In this document: piece by piece, positions 6,924 to 10,948 of the stretch
How the letters are laid out: every line of letters begins with the position of its first letter
Position numbering within the stretch: position 1 is the first letter of the stretch
UHGV virus genome: UHGV-0238331
From: a virus
Direction: 5' to 3' (one strand)
DNA: 10,948 nt
Position numbers and translations under genes: made by a program
Notes under the pieces: model-generated
What the model was told of the DNA's origin: nothing
What the model saw: the letters and a program-made list of their open reading frames with translations, nothing else
Database searches by the model: none

Positions 6924-7138
6924 TTAAGTGTGGGTGCGTTGAGGATGCCTGACACATGAGAGGTGGCGAGGGATTTCTCCCCCGCCTGGTCTCTTACTCC
7001 TCAGATTCGTAAGCTGTGAAGACAGCGACCTCCGTCTGGCCGGTTCGGATTCGTACCTCGCAGAGGTCTTTCCTCGTTACCAGTGCCGTCACTATAATAG
7101 TGATGCATATGATGATTAGGGTTTAAACCTCTCCGAAA

Positions 7139-8164
7139 CTATAAAGAAGTATCGTTCAATTCAAGTTCAAATGTGCCTCCCTTACGAGGCATTACTTGAT
7201 CTACCATTTTTATAAAACGATTCCATCCATAACCGTTAGCAATTGCCAAACGTTGCATCATAACTAAAGAATGTAGATGTTGCGCTAACATTGGATTACC
7301 AACATCATCAGTAAGCCATTGATGCAATTTGTTCTTTCTTTGCCCATTAGATTGTTTCGGTGTTTTCTTTTCTAACTCCTGAAGTATTGAGTCACCTAAT
7401 CGCTCGTAAACAAGATCCCTCGTATAATGCGCTACTACACTAAAACGATTCTTACTCATGCCCGTCCAGGGCCAATTTCTTAACTTATAAATATTCTCAT
7501 AAAATTCATCAGGGAATTTCTTGGCCCAAGCAGCAAGCTCCTTGCTTATTATTTTATCAAGATATGCTTGCAATGCATCTTTTGGCCTAACTTCCTGATA
7601 TCCTGTTGCTTCATCCACTAAAGCGATGATGCCAACTTTAGCCAATGAACGTACCAAAATTTCAGCCTTTTTAGCAATTTCTATCTGATTGGTTTTTAAC
7701 GCACCATCCTCTCTAGCTTTTAAATATGCATCACAGACTAATGGGAGAATGGACGCATCATACCCTTCAAGTTCAACTCCAGAATTGCTCAAATACCGCT
7801 CTCGTTTGATCACCCCCATAAGATCTTGATTTATATATGGAACAAGATTGGCTGCATCCATAAAAGCAGGAAGTATGATCTCACCATCCAAGGTAGCTCT
7901 TACACCCCGACTTGGTCTACCCAAGGCTTTAAAAACCGATGATTGGGATATAATTCTTTTCCCGTTAGTAAGTACAGCAACATCCAGTTCAGTATCATTA
8001 ATCCTTAAAACCCCTTCAAACTGCGCTGATGGAAGACCACTTTTGATCCGTTGCCAACGCTGTTTCGCGGCATTTTTCGCGACTGCCACCCTTTCATCAG
8101 ATGACATCTTCTCTGCTCTAGCCCTGCCGCCTTTTGCCTGTGGTGAATTATTTTGATTTGACAT
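7139..8164 (-). CDS. AT-rich moron gene: 341-aa protein of unknown function, possibly P63C-domain-like
   Basis: Long ORF in a visibly AT-rich block (GC not computed). Start chosen at MSNQNN (ATG at 8164) because GAGG lies about 7 nt upstream; the track's upstream start adds 12 residues. Basic N-terminus (KGGRARAEKMSSDERVAVAKNAAKQRWQRIK), then IALVDEATGYQ and KFPDEFYENIYKLRNWPW motifs that I associate from memory with P63C-domain phage proteins. Confidence 0.6.
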   Translation of the reverse strand: MSNQNNSPQAKGGRARAEKMSSDERVAVAKNAAKQRWQRIKSGLPSAQFEGVLRINDTELDVAVLTNGKRIISQSSVFKALGRPSRGVRATLDGEIILPAFMDAANLVPYINQDLMGVIKRERYLSNSGVELEGYDASILPLVCDAYLKAREDGALKTNQIEIAKKAEILVRSLAKVGIIALVDEATGYQEVRPKDALQAYLDKIISKELAAWAKKFPDEFYENIYKLRNWPWTGMSKNRFSVVAHYTRDLVYERLGDSILQELEKKTPKQSNGQRKNKLHQWLTDDVGNPMLAQHLHSLVMMQRLAIANGYGWNRFIKMVDQVMPRKGGTFELELNDTSL

Positions 8165-8316
8165 AAAGACCTCATTTATTGGCATGTATTTCCATATCAT
8201 GTATCATTTAGCAAGCATAAACAACCCCAATACTTGCTAAACTTAAACCATTAACATTGTTAATCAGTATCCTATCTAGCAAATATTCTGTCCGTTAATT
8301 AGTTACGTAGGACACT
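8165..8316 (-). promoter_or_regulatory. AT-rich upstream region of the moron gene, with dyad symmetries
   Basis: Inverted repeat TTAGCAAG...CTTGCTAA (8208-8215 and 8233-8240) and palindrome TTAACATTGTTAA (8251-8263) in the 150 bp upstream of the moron start. Candidate promoter and operator; no confident -35/-10 assignment. Confidence 0.3.
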
Positions 8317-8715
8317 TCACCGCATGATATCCTCCGCGCTTATCAGCCCATTCTGATTCAGATACTCCATCGCCTTATCAGGCAAGCTGCTTAAGCTATT
8401 GGCGTACTTTAAGCAGTGAGCCAGTCGTTTAACCCACATTGTTAATTCGCCAACCTGATTACTGGATGCTAGTGGATTGTCAGCTTTACCCAGTCCTTCT
8501 GATATCACCGGGACTGGCGGGGCAGTGAATAAGGCCTGAATTTCATAGTTCGGCCTGTCGTTACAATCCTCTTTTGTCGGTACATATTTCCAGTCACCAA
8601 CCCACATCTTCTCCTGAAAGTCCGTAACGCCCTTTTTCACATAGCGATATCGCCATGCAACTGGTTTTTCCTGCCCTACCGTTTCATGTACTTCCTGATA
8701 ATTAATCTCGCTCAT
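8317..8715 (-). CDS. Hypothetical protein, 132 aa
   Basis: ORF whose ATG overlaps the stop of the upstream 58-aa ORF (ATGA at 8712-8715). No family recognised. Confidence 0.5.
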   Translation of the reverse strand: MSEINYQEVHETVGQEKPVAWRYRYVKKGVTDFQEKMWVGDWKYVPTKEDCNDRPNYEIQALFTAPPVPVISEGLGKADNPLASSNQVGELTMWVKRLAHCLKYANSLSSLPDKAMEYLNQNGLISAEDIMR

Positions 8716-8888
8716 TCATCGCCCCACTCATCACAATATGCTTCGACAGGTGTTTTTCCTGCTTCGTAGTCATCACGCCAGGCTTCAGCCTCAGCAGCAC
8801 TTCCACCACGTAACTCTGCATAATCCATTAACAGTTCATGCCATTCTTCAAAACTGACGTTGTATTTAGTTGAACCAAAATCAGCCAT
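8712..8888 (-). CDS. Small highly acidic protein, 58 aa (not in the ORF track)
   Basis: My translation: MADFGSTKYNVSFEEWHELLMDYAELRGGSAAEAEAWRDDYEAGKTPVEAYCDEWGDE, with 16 Asp/Glu against 4 Lys/Arg. Its start overlaps the stop of the 60-aa ORF (ATGGCTGA) and its stop overlaps the start of the 132-aa ORF. Confidence 0.45.
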   Translation of the reverse strand: MADFGSTKYNVSFEEWHELLMDYAELRGGSAAEAEAWRDDYEAGKTPVEAYCDEWGDE

Positions 8889-9063
8889 TTTGTTCTTCCT
8901 CCTCGTCTTTTATTTCGTGATATGAGTAATTGCAGTAGTTAAAGAAAATTTCTTTTGCTTCGTCATGAATTTCATCTGGTGTTGCGTCATCGTCCACTTC
9001 GAATACATCCTCAAAATCTCCACCAGCTATTCCTGTTTCAATAATTATTTTGAACTTTCGCAT
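8881..9063 (-). CDS. Small highly acidic protein, 60 aa
   Basis: MRKFKIIIETGIAGGDFEDVFEVDDDATPDEIHDEAKEIFFNYCNYSYHEIKDEEEEQNG, with 19 Asp/Glu against 5 Lys/Arg. Preceded by a stable hairpin. Confidence 0.45.
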   Translation of the reverse strand: MRKFKIIIETGIAGGDFEDVFEVDDDATPDEIHDEAKEIFFNYCNYSYHEIKDEEEEQNG

Positions 9064-9207
9064 TTCACTACCGCCCTTTCGGGCGGCCTCCTGATGATTT
9101 GAGGGTACAGAAATCCCTCCGGTTAAGGATTAAATTTTATTTACAGAACTGAATTTAATTATTCAGATATACGTATCTGTAACCTTACGAACCAACTCAC
9201 TGGATGC
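9064..9207 (-). promoter_or_regulatory. Structured intergenic region: GAAA-tetraloop hairpin next to the start codon plus AT-rich dyad symmetries
   Basis: Hairpin CCGCCC-TTTC-GGGCGG (9071-9086) lies 7 nt upstream of the 60-aa ORF start. Second inverted repeat GAGGG...CCCTC (9101-9118). AT-rich segment 9121-9185 contains CTGAAT-TTAATT-ATTCAG and TTACAGA...TCTGTAA inverted repeats. Confidence 0.3.
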
Positions 9208-9681
9208 CTATTTCATAAAAATAATCCAGTGGGTTTTATCGTTTTTTCCTGTTCGTTGACCGATAACAGGTTTTCTGTCGGTCAGTACCAATATCTGGCG
9301 AACAGGTATTTGCGTTTCATTCCATTTAAAAATCAGAACGCCGGATGGACGCAACACACGAAAGGCTTCTTTAAATCCCTGCCGCAAATCATCACGCTAG
9401 GTATCTTTATTCAGCCGTCCATATTTCTTTCCCATCCAGGCGTTATCACCAACACGCTCAAGATGCGGAGGGTCGAATATAACCATCGAAAAAGATGCGT
9501 CTGCAAATGGTAGTGCACGAAAATCAGCTATCAGATCAGGACTGATAATCAGACATCGTCCATCACACAATGTGTGCTCTTCCTTTCTGATATCGCTAAA
9601 TATCGCCAGGTCGTCATTCTTATTGAACCAGAACATGCGACTGCCACAGCACATATCAAGAATGGTTGCCGGTGCACTCAC
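9208..9681 (-). pseudogene. Small phage Dam-like SAM-dependent DNA methyltransferase interrupted by an in-frame amber (TAG) codon
   Basis: The 94-codon ORF (GTG start at 9681) carries motif I (ILDMCCGSR) and motif IV (DPPH) and stops at TAG (complement of 9397-9399). The same frame then runs 58 more sense codons (RDDLRQGFKEAFRVLRPSGVLIFKWNETQ...) to a stop at 9208-9210, giving about 153 codons in total. Confidence 0.6.
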
Positions 9682-10100
9682 TGCGCTACCTCCTGAAAAT
9701 TACCCTGATAGAAAGCCAGTACACGCTGCATAGCTTCGCTCTTCCGGCACTCGCGACAGATTATATTCAGGCGCCTGTCGTAGCGGCGTATTTCTCCGTC
9801 TGGTAATGACCAGATAAGGTCCGGATCAACCGCAGATGGTTTCTTCGGCTTTGCCCTTGAGAGCTTTTTACGGGCATTTTGCCAGTCCTTACGCGCCTGT
9901 TCAGACGGGAATAACCCGTAATCAGAGTTGTATACATCGCCACTGGCAACCAGCTCTCTGGCCAGAACGCTCATCAGATATCTTGTTGCCCCAGTTTTAG
10001 TTTCCAGTTGTCGTAACGTCTCGCGCCCACTCTGGCGTACGAGTTCAACAACCTGCCCTTTAATTTTTTCTCGCTCTTCTTGTGTAAAAACTTTTGCCAC
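9678..10100 (-). CDS. ren: Ren-like protein (homolog of lambda Ren), 140 aa
   Basis: GTG start 4 nt after AGGAGG. C-terminus NIICRECRKSEAMQRVLAFY resembles lambda Ren NLVFKECRQSAAMKRVLAVY, and a central TGAT-containing helix region is also similar. Comparison is from memory. Confidence 0.6.
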   Translation of the reverse strand: MAKVFTQEEREKIKGQVVELVRQSGRETLRQLETKTGATRYLMSVLARELVASGDVYNSDYGLFPSEQARKDWQNARKKLSRAKPKKPSAVDPDLIWSLPDGEIRRYDRRLNIICRECRKSEAMQRVLAFYQGNFQEVAQ

Positions 10101-10140
10101 AAGTCCTCCTGAAAATTACCTCATGATCTGAAATAAACAC

Positions 10141-10948
10141 TTACCCCCTGAAGCCCGGCGGAATTTCGGTGTCCGGCTCGGAAATATGATTTACACATCG
10201 CTGTACAGGCGAACGCCCCAGGCGGATGACCAGTTCGTCCCATTTTTCGCGAAGCTTTAACGGGCTCATGATGTTTTTTACCCAGAATGGATCCCGCTGT
10301 ACCCGACCAAACATTTCACAAATTTGTCTGTGGCTTCTGCCATCCAGCATCCGCATTGTGCGCACGTCATTGGCCCAGGCAGTCCAGTTAGGCTCTTTTG
10401 GTCGCATGATCTCGCCATCATCACTGGCTGCCTGTTCGTAGAGACCCACGATCCGCCCCCAGATCCACTGCGCACACGCCAAATCCTCCCTGCTACCCCA
10501 CTGGCGTTTTTTCGCACTAAACACAACCGCGTCGGAGTTCCGGGTTAAAAAATCCTGTTCAGTCGTCTGCGGGTCCGGTTGCGAAGCTTCCGGACGAAAA
10601 GTGTTTTTATTCTCTGTAGTAATCTCTGTTGTATTCTCTGTAAGATCATCAGGCCATTTTGACCCGATGACATTGGGTCGTTTTGAACCAATGGAGCGTT
10701 TCATTTTGACCTCTTCCATCGTGTCATTTTGACCTGATGGAGCGGCGCATTTTGAACCGATGGATTCGCTCAATTTGCCACCATCTAAAAGCTCGCTCCC
10801 ATAGTTGATCGTGTAGAAATTGGTCATATCGCGCTTTGATTTATTGAGCTTTTCACAACGCAAAAGCCCCAGCGTTTTCAGACTTGCAAACGCGCGCTTT
10901 AACGTTGACTCTGACCAGAATGGGAACTGTTCCAGCCATTGTTCCGTT
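10141..10948 (-). CDS. O: Replication initiator, lambda O-like; N-terminus lies beyond the window end
   Basis: Frame is open to position 10948 (TEQWLEQFPFWSESTLKRAFASLKTLGLLRCEKL...). C-terminal block PNWTAWANDVRTMRMLDGRSHRQICEMFGRVQRDPFWVKNIMSPLKLREKWDELVI resembles the lambda O C-terminal domain. Iterons lie inside the gene, as for ori-lambda. Confidence 0.8.
   Translation of the reverse strand, partial: TEQWLEQFPFWSESTLKRAFASLKTLGLLRCEKLNKSKRDMTNFYTINYGSELLDGGKLSESIGSKCAAPSGQNDTMEEVKMKRSIGSKRPNVIGSKWPDDLTENTTEITTENKNTFRPEASQPDPQTTEQDFLTRNSDAVVFSAKKRQWGSREDLACAQWIWGRIVGLYEQAASDDGEIMRPKEPNWTAWANDVRTMRMLDGRSHRQICEMFGRVQRDPFWVKNIMSPLKLREKWDELVIRLGRSPVQRCVNHISEPDTEIPPGFRG
10600..10790. repeat. 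Replication origin inside O: about six iterons (consensus TTTTGAcC-n-GATGG, 23-25 bp period) plus an adjacent AT-rich TCTCTGT-repeat segment
   Basis: Iteron copies start near 10657, 10681, 10704, 10728, 10750 and 10771. AT-rich segment 10600-10650 carries three TCTCTGT repeats. The iterons encode a repeated IGSK peptide in O. Confidence 0.6.

Noticed and set aside
7030-7062. tRNA-like T-loop-like motif (GGTTCGGATTCG) that could mark a tRNA gene or att site
   Set aside because: I could not fold a cloverleaf (no matching acceptor, D or anticodon arms) on either strand, and the motif deviates from the GGTTCGAATCC consensus. It is treated as chance similarity within a structured UTR.
9229-9513. 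Plus-strand 94-aa ORF (GTG start) spanning the amber site region
   Set aside because: It is antisense to the methyltransferase frame, which has clear SAM-methyltransferase motifs, and so is a shadow ORF.
10655-10790. Regularly spaced direct repeats that might suggest a CRISPR array
   Set aside because: The repeats are about 14 bp at 23-25 bp spacing, lie inside the O coding frame, and have AT-rich flanking repeats, which fits replication-origin iterons. They lack the 28-37 bp repeats and unique spacers of CRISPR.

Overview
The window is a single-orientation segment of a lambdoid (lambda-like) enterobacterial phage or prophage: every supportable gene is on the minus strand, and the plus-strand ORFs in the track look like shadow ORFs. 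Read in the direction of transcription (high to low coordinates): the 3' part of a lambda-O-like replication gene with ori iterons inside it, a Ren-like gene, a small Dam-like methyltransferase broken by an in-frame amber codon, two very acidic small ORFs and a 132-aa ORF, an AT-rich single-gene moron (341 aa) with its own promoter-like region and terminator, two small ORFs, a DUF968/HNH-like gene, RusA, antiterminator Q, a pR'/tR'-like late promoter and terminator, a small ORF, a beta-class DNA methyltransferase flanked by terminators, a phage-21-type lysis cassette (pinholin S, SAR endolysin R, Rz/Rz1), a DUF4406-like gene, two 18-bp palindromes, a lambda-type cos site, and the 5' part of terminase small subunit Nu1. 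Protein identifications rest on my own translation compared with lambda and phage 21 sequences recalled from memory; no database search was run. The best candidates for an undescribed accessory or defence function are the AT-rich 341-aa moron (7139-8164) and the pair of translationally coupled acidic mini-proteins (8712-9063), with the methyltransferase content and the P-less replication module as secondary leads. No rRNA, tRNA or CRISPR array was found.
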